Made by a program: the position numbers and the translations under genes. Below, piece after piece: positions 35,865-47,395 of a DNA stretch of 64,000 bases; the first letter of the stretch is position 1, and each line of letters opens with the position of its first letter. The notes under the pieces are model-generated. The model saw only the letters and a program-made list of their open reading frames with translations, did no database searches and was not told where the DNA came from. Origin of the DNA: Lama guanicoe (taxonomy: Eukaryota); assembly GCA_013239625.1 (NCBI GenBank), contig MU054338.1, forward strand, positions 6,736,724-6,800,723. The letters are read 5' to 3'.

Positions 35865-38348
35865 TCATGGGCTCAACTCAGGGGACTGGGGCCCTGAGGC
35901 TTTGGAGGCAGCTGGGACATTGAGGGGCAGGACTTGGCCGGAGCACTCGGTGTTCTCTGGGGTCTGGCCCTGCCTGCAGCCCAAGCAGGGTTGGTGGCAG
36001 CAGCCCAAGCTGGGCGCCACGGCCATGTAGAGCAGTGGGTGGATGCAGATGGCCAGGGGCACGAGGCCCCGTGCTACCTGGTGGGCCACGTAAGTCCTCA
36101 AGTCCAGCGCCTGCTCGGCCTGGGGCACGCTGGCAAAGCCTGGGCAGAGGGCTTTCCAGCGCAGCTGGGCGTACACGTTGAGCACCCGTGTGACATAGTA
36201 GGGCATGTAGGAGCTGGCGTAGACAGCCACGCCGCTGCTCACCAGCACCATCACTTGCAGCTTGTTGGCCACTGTCATGCTGTGGCTGCGCCACACGGCC
36301 CGCCCGAGGGCGCCATAGGCCACCAGGGAGAGCAGCAGTGGCAGGCCACCGCCCAAGGCCACCAGCACCAGGCTGTAGGCTCTGTAGGCCTCGATCCAGT
36401 TGTCATCTGCTGTCCCCAGGCACTTGATGCAGGCTTCGGGCCTGGCCATGGTGCAGTGGCCTTCCTGTGGTGGCCTCTTCAGGTGGGAGAAGCTGAGTGT
36501 GGGTGCCGCCAGCAGGACTGCCAGCGCCCAGCCCACGGCGCTGACAGCCCAGGCGTGCTTGGGCCGCAGTTGGCTGTGGGTGAAGAAGGGGTGGACGACG
36601 CCCAGGTAGCGGTTGAGGCTGATGCAGGTGACGAAGATGATGCTGCCCAGCAGGTTGCAGGTGAAGAGGAAGCGCTCCAGGCGGCACGCAGCCTCCCCGT
36701 AGCGCCAGTGTTTGGGTGGGTAGTAGTAGGCAGCCAGCGGGGGCAGCGTCAGCGCGTAGAGCAGGTCGCTGACAGCCAGCTGGGCTGAGAAGATCACAGC
36801 TGGGTGCCACGGGCGCTGCTCCCGGGTGTAGAAGCGGTACAGAGCTAGGCTGTTGCCAGCCAAGGCCACCAGGAATGTGACCACCAGTATGGGCCACAGG
36901 AAGCCTTCCTGGAAGCCACTGAGGATGCGGTCAGCAGCCGCCGAGAAGTTGGCTGGGCAGCGTGAGGCGCCTGTGGGCAGAGGATGTTGCCGAGTAAGCC
37001 CTGTCCCCGATTGTGGCCCCCACTGCTTTCAGAGTCCCCAGCGCTGTGGCACCGAGGACCCACGGTGTGCTGGGCCTGTGCCAGCCCTCTGAGGGCATGC
37101 TTTCCACTCAGGAGGGGGTGCCAGCCATAGCTTTTCACCGAGGGAATCTGAGGCCCAGAAAGATTAGAAGCCCAAAGAATCCTTCATTCAGCTGCCGTTT
37201 ACTAGGCTCTGTGTCCTGCACCATCAAGAACCAGCAGGGCAGTGGGGAGGGTATAGCTCAGTGGTAGTGTGTGCCCAGCATGTATGAGGTCCTGGGTTCA
37301 ATGCCCAGTACCTCCATGTAAATAAGTAAACATAATTATCCCCCAAAACAAGCTGGGCCAAGAACTAGGGACGCACGTCACTTGGCAGTGATGACCCACC
37401 CAGAGCCTTCAGGCCTGGAGGAGCCGGGGCCTGGGGGAGGGTCCCACCCCACCACACAACTCCCAAATCCCATCTGTCAGCAAGTTTCCACCTTTAGAGT
37501 ATATCACCCCCTTAGTGCCACCCAAGTCCAGACCCCACCGTCTACCTGGACCAGCATGGACTCTCCTCCCCAGGTCTCCCTACACTTGCCCTCCCCCGTC
37601 TGTTCTCCCCACAGCCTGCACCTGTGGACACATGAGTCAGGTCACATCCCTAGGCTCCCAGCCCTCTCCGAATCCCTCAGGGAGAGGAAAAGCCAGTGCT
37701 CACGTCAGCACACAAGGGCCCGCAGGCCCTCCACCCCATCCCCCATCGCTTATCTCCCGCTGGCTCCCCGTGACTCAGTCTGTCCCATACTGGTTTCAAG
37801 GCATAGCCTGCCTCAGGGTCTTTGCACTGGCTGAATCACCGGCGACAGTCATCCTTAGGGCTGCCCCCCGCGCACCTCCTGGTCACTGGTCCTGAGGCCC
37901 ACTCTGACTACCCTAACATTGTGACCGCTCCCCTCGGCCCCCTACCCTGCTTATTTCCCCCCCACGGCTTCCACCAGTGCCCAGAACAGTACCTGGACAC
38001 AGCAGTGTGGGGAAGAGCTACGCTCTGGAGTTGATCCTTCAGGCACCCTTCTCAGCCTCAACTTTCCAACCTGAGAAATGAATGGCCCATTCCTGGTCGC
38101 TCCAGCAGTTGGGCCATGAGCTCTGTGCGTGGTGCACATGTGCCTCCCCTGCCCCAGACAGCTTCCATCCTCACTTCCTTCCTAACTCATCCCTCTACTC
38201 TGGGAGGAAGTCTGTCCTGACATGATTCTTATCCCGTCTCCCCGCCACCTCCCTGGAGCCAGCCGCCTCCACTCCTGTGGCCCTGGGTATGTGCCTGGCT
38301 CAACTGCCCCAGCAGTGCTGGCTCCTCACCTGAGGCGGTGGAGGCCAT
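35865..38348 (-). CDS. P2RY11: P2Y purinoceptor 11, 7-TM GPCR (374 aa, 2 coding exons)
   Basis: Exon 1 38348-38330 (GCGCCATGG Kozak, MASTAS-G, GTGAG donor) plus exon 2 36970-35865 (GASRCPANFS...FLWPILVV...) gives 1125 nt. P2Y11 signature motifs are present: ISLNRY, RPEACIKCLG, HPLLY. Confidence 0.95.
37244..37350 (+). mobile_element. tRNA-derived SINE in P2RY11 intron (antisense to the gene)
   Basis: GGGGAGGGTATAGCTCAGTGGTAG...GGTTCAATGCCCAGTACCTCCA...AATTATCCCCC. Confidence 0.85.
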
Positions 38349-38887
38349 GGCGCATCCACCTGAGTCTGCAGCCCACGCTGTGCCAGTCCCTCCCCAAGCC
38401 ACAAGCAGCACTGCTGGCTCCTCCCCAAACCACAAACAGCACCGCTGGTTCCTCCCCATTCCCAGCTCCACCTTCACCCAGCTGGGCGGGTCTGGGTGTG
38501 CGCCTCACTCCCACCCCATTTCCTTCCTCATGACAGCCAACCCTCCAGAACTGGCCTGCTTGCTTGTGGGGCCCTTGGTCTGGGGGGAGGGCAGAGAAGG
38601 GCCCAGGACCCCAGGGCACCAGAGCAAGATGTAATCTGCCACCACCCTGGCACTTCGACCATTCAAGGTGGAGGAAAGGCGCCCAGCCTTGGGGCAGAAA
38701 CGGTGTCCCATTTCAAATGCAGACTCAGACCTGTGAGAAAGCAGTTTACTGGAGGAGGAGATTGGGAAAACAGCTCTCCTTTATGAAAGGAAACAGAGGG
38801 CTGCACCTGGAGGCCCAGGAAGGGAGCAGAGGGCAGCATCTCTCAGGCCCCAATCTGGGGCATTCCATCTGTTACTAAGGCTTGGCC

Positions 38888-41800
38888 TCAGGCTACTCTC
38901 TTAGGTCGAGGAGCTCGGCCTCGTCCGCGGTCCCGGGCAGCCCCGCTGGGTCCCACTTTGGCCTGGGCTCCCGAGTGCCTGCCCTTGGCCTTTGGAGGCC
39001 TCCGGCCACTGCCTTGTTCTGGCTTCCGTTCCTTTACCCGCCGCTTCTTGCTGGGGGGCCCAGCAGGCCGTCTCCGCGTGGCTGCTTTTGGGAACATGTC
39101 TGCAAGGAGAGACTGTGTCAGGGCCACCAGGGCACAGAGACAGGCCCATGGCACCCAGCTGCACTGACCCCGGCCTGCCACACACCCTCATCAGGCTCCT
39201 CGCCCACAGCCTGGCGGAAATACTCGGCCTCATCCTCCTCTTCCTCTTGCTGGTTGGCACCCTCTGCCTCTGGAGGAGCCCCGGGGTCCTCTGCATCACT
39301 GTCCCCATCAGCCTCTGCCCGTGCCCGCTTCATGCCTGCCAGGCTCTTCTTCCTGGAGAACGGATGTTAATATGGCAGCCTGTGCCCAGGACCCCACCTC
39401 CCCTGCCTGGTTGACCACACACTTGTGGGCCTCTCGCTGCTCCCGCTTGCGCTGGACGTTCTGGGCCTGCTGGTCCTGCCTTTGTGCCTTGAGCTGCAGC
39501 TTTTCCTCCTTGGCTGCCAGGATAGCCTGCAGCTCCTCCTCCGTTTTGTGCACTGAATAGGGAGAGATGGCTCCTGAGACCTTCACCAAGATCCAGAAGT
39601 CCCCCCCAGCACCTTCCCACCCACCTCTGATCAGGCCTCAGCCCTTGATGCCCTCCAGCCCCCTCCTCACCAAAGCTGTGGAACAACACGTTCCCTGCTC
39701 CAACGCCCTCCTGAATCTTGATGAGCTGCAGGGTCATCCGAGGCCCGATCTGGAGGGACGAAGGTCGGGGAGTCAGTCCTTCCTCAGGGCTGGGGGAAAG
39801 AACTGGGCCTACTGGGGGTTGGGCCTCACCTCGGTGAGCCGCACGGCGCTCTGCTGGGCCCTCATGTTGCCTCGCCCCGCGACGGCCTGGGGCAGCTCTG
39901 TGATGTTGTGCTCACCGTCGGGCTCCGCCTCGCTCTCAGACAGCCCTGCACCCCTGTGGGGGCACACAAGGGGCTCAGCAGGGGATCCCAGGCTCCTGGG
40001 ACAGCTCTGGGTAGACTGTGGTAGACCCCTGCCCTCCTTACGTGGCCAGAAGCTCACTGATGTCCTGTAAGCGACTCATGTTGGGGAACTTCTCCTGGAG
40101 AAGCTTCTTCATCCCACGACTTGCACCCACAGGGACCACTTTGATGCTACTGCAGGGGCGGGAATTAACGAGGAGCGGAGTTAGGCGCCAGGGGGTCAGG
40201 AGTCAGCTTAATGCCCTCCCCAAATCCTTTGGCAGGTGCGTCAGAGCGTTTACTTTGAGACTAAGCAATCACAGAGTCTCAGCAGCAGTGCTGTCATCAG
40301 CCGCACGTGGAGCCACACCTCGTCCCCCTAGAGTACTCACTAATGGCGGAAATCCAGCTCCTGGGACTCGGGCTTGTAACTGATGAGCAGGCAGCGCTTG
40401 ATGGTGTTCAGGTTCACCTGGAAGAAAGAGAAAACAGGGCGCCACGTGAGCTGCCCATGGGCCTCACTGCATGGAGCCCATACCAAGCCCTGGCTGTGGC
40501 CAGGAGGTGCTGCTAACACAGCAGGGACAGGAGGGGCTGCAACTGGTGTCTGTGGGCTACCTGGGGCACTGGCTAGAAATCCTGGCTCTGAGGTTGCCCA
40601 CACCAGACTCCCTGGTGACTGGCATCTAGCAAGGCTAGTGTGAGGCCCGCTGGTGCCAGGGAACAGACGTGGAGGCTCTAGAGCCTGACAGATTAAAAAA
40701 ACCCAATCCTGCCCCCTTGTCCCTTGTGTCCAACCTGAGGCTAGTGACTTCATCTCTATTGGTCTCAGTTTTCCTCTCGTCAAACAGAGCCACGATATAT
40801 ACACGCGACTCTGCTTAGCACTTAACACGAACTTAGGAAATAAAGCAACATCAGCACTGTTTTCTACCTGCCAGATGGGATGACAGCTCACAGGGAAGCC
40901 TCCTGCCCGGCTCAGAGGACACAAGAGTGGGATCTGACCTCAGGACCCGGAGCTCTCAGTCTCAGTGCTAGGAGGTGAAGACTGAACCACCAATCCAAGG
41001 ACCAGTGTGGGGGACCTACTGCCTGCCCCACCCTCCCACACCAGGCCCAGCCCACCTTGTGCACATTTATGGAGGGAAACAGGTTCTGGAACATGGTGGC
41101 CATGAGCTTCACATGCATGCCGTGGGGGCCAAAGCTGTTGAGCACCAGGAGAGGCGGGTGGGCAAACTGCTGCTCATGCATGCGGTGCCGGCGCAGTGAG
41201 GAGACAACATCACGCACCAACGTGTACTGCAGGGCAGAGTGACGGGTGAGTGACCGCCAACCACACGTGGCTGGTACAGTCCCCAAACCCAGCTTCTGCC
41301 CTGCACAGGCCTCGTTATCACTTCTTGTCCTTACCTTGTCGATCCGGAAGGTCAAGGTGGGGCCTCCTGGGAGGCGCATCAGCTTCTACAGAAAAAAGGA
41401 GCAGTGAGGGTCTTGGTGTCCGACCAGGGAGGAGGGGAGTGGGAACCCATGCCAATCTCTTCAGAGCGTTTACTTTGAAGCCAGAATCATGACAGCTCAG
41501 AGGCACAAGGTTTCATCATAAGAGTTGGGGAGGGGGAGGAGGGTGTGGGGGAGTAAGGAGTGAGAGTATCCACTCACAAAATAGATATTGGTTTCCGTTT
41601 TGCTCAAGATCAGGAAGTGTGTGACCCCGAGGGGCCCAGCCACTGCTACACAATCTTTCAGAGAGTTTTTCTTTCGTATCTGGAAATGATAAAAAGAAAA
41701 AGGGAAAATTATAGATACTCCCTTATTAGGCAAAGACTATGAGCTTAAGCTGTTATGTCCCTTGCATTTAACCCTTCTGAGAAAGGGAGAAGGGAGTGGA

Positions 41801-42448
41801 ATGTTCTTGGCCTCTAGAGCCAGACTTGAATTGGAGCACCACCTCTGTCCCTTGACACTGTGCGTTACATTTTTCAAATGAACCAACTGAGGCACAGTGA
41901 GGTTAAGTGACTTGAATCAGGTCTTTGAGAGGAGTCAGCAAAGCTGACAGTCTCCTCTTAATCATCAGTCAAGCTCCAAGCTGGGTGCATTCATCTGCGC
42001 TCCCTCTCTGCTGCTCCTCAAAGCCCTGAGAGGGAGCGACCGTGGTCCCCATAAGGATCCCTTTCTCCAGCCAGGGAGATGGAATCCCGGCGCACTTTGG
42101 AGAAGGAAGGCATCCTCTCAGCCAAGAAGACGGGACCTAGGGCGGGTGGAAGCCGGATGGGTGGTGCAGACCTGTAAGCGGGAGGCGGTGAGCGGCTCCA
42201 TGACCCGCCGCAAGTCCAGGCTGAGCTGCTGGACGCTACGACCCGCGCGGCCCCGAGCGAACACGAAAGAGTGCGGCTGCGCGGCGTAGGCCTCGAGGTT
42301 GCGTAGGTGAGCCTGGGCGCGCGCGCGCTTCTGGTGACGGGACTGCAGGAAGGAGAGGCGAGAAGTGAGAGCCGCAGCCGTCGCCGGGACCCCACCCGCG
42401 CTGCCCGCCTCCCCGGCCGCCGCGCCTCACCCGCCCGGACTGTCCCAT
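38888..42448 (-). CDS. PPAN: Suppressor of SWI4 1 homolog / Peter Pan homolog, Brix-domain ribosome biogenesis factor (469 aa, 12 exons)
   Basis: Exons 42448-42431, 42342-42172, 41679-41578, 41385-41335, 41226-41056, 40417-40341, 40149-40042, 39953-39830, 39749-39671, 39552-39423, 39352-39186, 39099-38888 sum to 1410 nt. The protein starts MGQSGRSRHQKRARAQ, has Brix motifs (GPTLTF, MFQNLFP, EIGPRMTLQLIKI) and ends PKRVA*. Confidence 0.96.
40235..40308 (-). ncRNA. SNORD105B: C/D box snoRNA U105B in PPAN intron 6
   Basis: Box C TGATGA 40299-40294, internal CTGA/TGATT, box D CTGA 40244-40241, terminal stem GTGCG/CGCAC, and the same guide TCAAAGTAAACGCT. Confidence 0.92.
41452..41528 (-). ncRNA. 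SNORD105: C/D box snoRNA U105 in PPAN intron 3
   Basis: Box C ATGATGA 41519-41513, D' CTGA 41500-41497, C'-like ATGATT, box D CTGA 41464-41461. There is a terminal stem (CCAACTCTT/AAGAGATTGG), and the guide TTCAAAGTAAACGCT is complementary to 18S rRNA GCGUUUACUUUGAA. Confidence 0.92.
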
Positions 42449-42449
42449 G

Positions 42450-42720
42450 TTGCTGTCTCCTGCACGCGGCCCCTTCGCCCGGCTACTTCCGGCGCCGCAC
42501 CGTTCACTTCCGGCGCCCGCTAGATGGTTACGCCAGGCGCCGCTACGCGATGACGTCATCGGCTGGGCATGCGTACCAGGTGTATGGGGGGGGAGACATC
42601 ACCAGAGGGGTTGCTATGGAGACACCAAGTGCCTGTTTCTACAGAAACCGGGGCGGAGCCGCGCCACATGGGGAGAGTCGGAGAATTGGATCGCGTGTTC
42701 GAATCCCGCCTCGGCCATTT
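42450..42720 (-). promoter_or_regulatory. PPAN CpG-island promoter (ETS x2, CRE, RFX X-box, GC box)
   Basis: ACTTCCGGCGCC at 42485-42496 and 42506-42517; TGACGTCA at 42551-42558; GTTGCTATGGAGAC at 42610-42623; GGGCGG near 42651. Confidence 0.75.
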
Positions 42721-43119
42721 CCACCAGCTGTGGGATTTTAAGAGCCACTTTCTCCACTCCGAGGCTCCTAAAGTATCCTAAAGTGAGAATGATAATCATT
42801 TCCTCCTTGACCCGCGAATTAAGAGAGATGATGTATGCACAATACTTGGCACATTGGCACCAGGCACTTGGGGGCCTGAGAAGGGAGTAGCTCCTTGGCA
42901 GTTATTCATTTGGGCCCCCAGCTCCTGAGGACCAGCTGTCCTCCGCGGCAGCCCTGTCTGCCGACGAGCTGAGAGATGGAAACTCCACATCACCTTCTGG
43001 AAATTCAGGGCAAGGCGGGTGCTTCGTGAATAATTTACCCCCTTCCAGTTTCCACTCAAAGCCCCAGCCTTGGCCTCAGGCCTCTGGCTTCTTCCCCAGA
43101 ACCTTGGGGTGAGGGGAAG

Positions 43120-43500
43120 GGATCCCCCCAACATCTCTCTCCCTGTCTCATCTGTTTCCTCCCCCATCTGTCTCCTCTCCCCTATTTGCCGCCCCTCCCC
43201 AGCTGTCTCCCCTCCCACATTTGCTTCCCCCCTCAATTGATCTCCCCCCATTTGCCTCTCCTCTCCCATCAGTCTCCCCCCTCTTCTTCCCAGTTTTGTC
43301 TCCCCCTCCCCATCGTTGTCTTCTATCTGCCTCTTTTTCCCCAGCTTTGTCTCAGCCATCAGTTGTCTCCTTCGTAAGTTTCCATCTTTCTCCTTGCTCT
43401 GTTCCTATCCCATTTCTCTCTCCCCATCTCCGCCACGTCTCTCCTTCTCTGTCTCTCGGACTCTCTCTCCCTTCGGTCAGCCTGTCTCCTTGACTTAGGA
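43120..43500. repeat. CT-rich low-complexity (polypyrimidine/polypurine) tract
   Basis: Almost entirely C/T on the + strand, with recurring TCTCCCC/TGTCTC motifs. Confidence 0.75.
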
Positions 43501-44519
43501 GGTTTCTTCTCCCTCTGCTGCCAATGCGGGAAACTGGGGGGGGCTATGAGTAGGGGGCCAAGGGGCCCAGTGTTGGGGGCCCCAGACCAGGCCCGGAGCC
43601 CAGCCTGGCAGCCTGTCTCGGATCTGGGACGACCATTTCCTCTTTCAGCCCGGGAGGCCACTCGGGTTACGTATGAGTTCAGGACATTAGGAACTGGGAG
43701 AAGGAGACTGCTCCCTGAAAGTGTGTCTGCTGGTCCGGGAGGCCTTCCTACAAGTCGGAGACCCTACTCTGGTGGGGACTCTACGTGAGTTGTGAGTCAC
43801 TTTGTACCTGTGAGAGACGATTGCATGGCTATTTCCTTCCCTGCAGGACTTGACCTGCGTGAGGAGAGACCGTGTGTGGGAGATAATGGAAACTTGCACT
43901 GGGTGGCCGGCGGATGTCAGGGGCTTGCTGTGTAGCTGATTTGTGTCTCTGCGCTTGCCAGTGTGTGACCCCGTGTACCTGGGTGTGGATGTGTCTGACG
44001 CACAGACAACACTCAACACACAGGATATTTTCCTTTAAGTCGTGGTATGCGTGTGGGTGACCACATTTTGAATACACAGTTGCTGCCCAAATTTGTGCTG
44101 TGTTTGCATTTGTGTCTTTATATGTGCCTGTGCCAGGCAAATCCACGGACACGCACACGCACACATACACACAGAGTCCATCTGTCTTTGCTTTGTGTAG
44201 TGGTTTGCAAGTTTCATCGGGTATCTGTATGTGTCTTTGTGTTGCACTGTCACGTGTCCACAGGTCGGGTGTGTGTGACTGTTGTGGTTCACATGTGCAA
44301 CTTCTGGAGCCATGTTTCTTGGGCTAATTCCAATTGTCGATCCTTTCTTTGGCTGTGTGACCACAGGCAAGTTCCTCACCCTCCCTGAGGCTCAGTTTTT
44401 CCTGCTGTAAAATGTGGCTACATACAGAAGGCAGCTCAGGTTGTGAGGGTTAAACGAGATACAAAATGGAGAGTTTAGAGTCAGGCCTGACGGGCAGCAG
44501 GTGCCTCTGATGTTTGCTA

Positions 44520-44521
<2 letters not shown>

Positions 44522-44568
<47 letters not shown>

Positions 44569-44624
44569 TTCTGTGGGGCTTCGCGGGTGTGTGAGCGTGT
44601 GTCTGTGNNNNNNNNNNNNNNNNN

Positions 44625-44661
<37 letters not shown>
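44522..44661. repeat. (TG)n microsatellites flanking a 17-N assembly gap (44608-44624)
   Basis: TG runs at about 44522-44564 and 44625-44661; the N run is directly visible. Confidence 0.95.
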
Positions 44662-44662
<1 letters not shown>

Positions 44663-44829
44663 TGGGCTCCTCCCCGCCTCCCAGGGCCTCCAGCCTCCCA
44701 CGCTCTCTGCTTCACTGTCGGGGGAACGTCCAGGGCACTGAACTGTGTTATCAGGCTCTGGTGGCCTGGGCAGGGGGGTCTGGCAATTCTGCCCCAGTTC
44801 TCATGTGGGAAATGCTAAATATTTACAGT

Positions 44830-45026
44830 GGGAGCTCCTGGGCTCAGCATCACAGCTCTAGTCCCGACTCTGGGTGGCCAGGGGTGGTTACCAAGACTCC
44901 TCCCTCCTGCTCTCCCCCTGGCTTCTCTTTCCCCACTTCAGAGGCCCCTACTGGACCCCCGGCTCCTCCTTGGACGCCTTGTCCCTGCTACGGGCCTTGC
45001 TGAACTCAGGGTCTTGGTCTCGAGAG
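44830..45026 (+). other. Putative non-coding first exon of ANGPTL6
   Basis: The first coding exon has a splice acceptor 7 nt before the ATG (47656), so an upstream exon is required. This segment ends in GAG|GTGAGA and follows a forkhead-type TAAATATTTAC motif. The 5' boundary is a guess. Confidence 0.45.
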
Positions 45027-45419
45027 GTGAGAGTGCAGGAGGGTGGGAGGGCAGGTAGAGGCTGAATCTGTTGGGAAACCTGGGTCTTGTTTTGGCTGGG
45101 GGGCTCCCCAGACCCCCTCCTCCTTATCCCAGGCTGAGATCCTGGAAGGCAGAGGATGTTTCCCAGGGGTTTGGTCCACCCCTGCTGTGGAGGGGCTGAT
45201 GTCTTTGAAGAGGGGGAAGGAGAGGACCCTGCTCTGCCTTTGGGAGCTAGAGCTTGGTGTATGAATGTCGTAGTGAGTATACCTTTTTCCAGCTCAGAAT
45301 CCCCCATGGCTCCCACATGACACAGAAGAAAACCCCAGATCCTCCTAGAGGACCACAAGGCCCTGAACACTTTGCTTCCATCACCTCCCTGTCCCCACCT
45401 CCTGTTCTTCCCCTCACTC

Positions 45420-47395
45420 ATTCCCTTCCAGCCTCACAGGCCTCCGTGCTGTTCCATGGCATACCAAGTTAGTTCCTACCTCAAGGCCTTTGCATTCGCT
45501 GTTCCCTCTGCCTGAATGCTCTTCCCCTTCTCCCTCTTCCTTCAGGTCTTTGCTCAGGCATCATCTTCTCAGTGAGGTCTGACTCCTGTTATTTACAATG
45601 CACCCCCAGCCCAGGTCCCGACCCTCTCACATACCCACCATCTGTCTTCCCAAGCAGGATGTCAGCTCCATGAGGGCAGGGATTTTGTCTGTGTTGGTTG
45701 CAGCTGGGTCCTCATTGCCTGGAACAGCTTTTGGCACCCAACGAAGGGGCTTAAGGAATGCCCGTTGAGTGTGTGAATGAGGCAATGTGTGTGATGGTGA
45801 AGCCAGCAAGACACATGTCTGTGTGGGTTTGGACATGGTGGGACATGGTACAGACAGGGCTAACATGGACATGTGGAATGTCTTCTGAATGTTGGCACGT
45901 GCACTCAGGAGGGATGTGCTTCCCCATCTCAAGAGACTGCAAGTGTGTGAACCCCAGGAATGAAGATAATGGGGGCCGATGTGTGGACACTGCAAGGCTG
46001 GGGGGTAGGTGGCCACAAGTACACACTTTTGAATGAAGACACTTGTATGAGCTCAGCTGTAGGAGACAGGGAACACCTGGGTGGGGGTGCAGCCGACGCG
46101 GCGCATGTGGATGGTGGGGGGTGTGGAATGTGTGTATGGCATCAGGCTCTGTTTTAGGCACTGGGGACAGAGCAGTGAACAAAACCCAGACGTGGCCTCT
46201 GGGAGCTGATATTTTGGTGGAGGAATTCAGATCATAAATAATGGCAAATAAATGAGACCACTGCAGAGTGATAAATGCTTAAATGAAAAAGACGGCTCCT
46301 GATAGGGAGTGCTGGGGAGGGGCAACTAAATGGGGTCGTTAGGGAGGGCTTCTGAGAGGAGACAGCTCAGTGGATACCTGAACAAGCAGAGAGAGGGAGC
46401 CATGTTAAAATTTGGGGATAAATATTCCAGGCTGAGAAAACAGCAAGTGCAAAGGCCCTGAGGCTGCAAGGTGCCTTGTGTGTTTGAGGAACAAGGAGGG
46501 GGCCACAGTGCCTAGAGCAAGGAGGGTGAGTGGGAGGAGGTGAGGGCGGGGAGGGGACTGGGCAGAGCTAGCAGGGCCTTGTGGGCTACAGGGAGGACTT
46601 AGGCTTTTCCTCTCAGCGAGGTGGAAGCTTCAGAGGTCCTGAGCAGAGAAGGGACGTGACCTGACTTGCATGTTCACAGGCGTCCTCTGGCCGTCGTGGG
46701 GGAAACAGAACAGAAGTTGAAGACCGAAGACTGGTGACCTGGGAGGCAGCTGCTGTAAGGAAATCCAGATGGTGTCTTGAGCTGGGATCCTGGGACTAGG
46801 CGAGCATGGGGGGAATTGGAGGAATTCAGGATCTAAACACAAGAGCTGACAGGGCTGGCTGATGGGTTGGATCTGCCGTGAATAAAGAGGATACATAGAT
46901 GACTCAGGGGTTTTGGTTTGAGGACATGGGAGATGGGGTACCCACTACTAGACTCAGTTAGTGAGACTTTTCTCTGATCCCCCTCCCGCTCATTTTCCCA
47001 TGGCTTCTGCTTCAGCCTCCTTGAGGTTCCTTTAATACGTCAAGCCTGATCCAACCTCAGGGCCTTTGCATTTTCTGTTCCCCCTGCTAGGGACCTCTTT
47101 TCTCTCAGACACCCCCGTAGTTTCCTCCCTCACCTCCTTCAGGTCTTTGTTCCAAACTGTCACCTCCTTCAGTTCCTCCCTTCTCTCCAAATGCCCTTGC
47201 ACATAACCCTAAATCTCTTTTACTGTTATCTTTTGCATGTACGGCCATCTAATACATTCTATTAATTCTAACTCTATTTTGTCCCTTGCTCATCAGGACC
47301 AGGATTTTTGTGTTTTGTTCCCAACTGTATTCCCTGTGCCTAGAACTGAGGCCAGCATACAGTAAGCACTCAATGAATGCTTGCTGAATGAATGC
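45420..47395. mobile_element. Cluster of old L2/MIR-type fragments
   Basis: L2-like phrases CCTCAAGGCCTTTGCATT.GCTGTTCCCTCTGCCTG, GTGCAAAGGCCCTGAGG and 3' end TGAATGAATG; boundaries approximate. Confidence 0.55.

Noticed and set aside
35934..36788. 284-aa ORF on the + strand
   Set aside because: Antisense shadow of the GC3-rich P2RY11 coding exon; no recognisable protein features.
42796..43359. 187-aa Gly/Glu/Arg-rich ORF on the - strand
   Set aside because: Translation of the purine-rich low-complexity tract.
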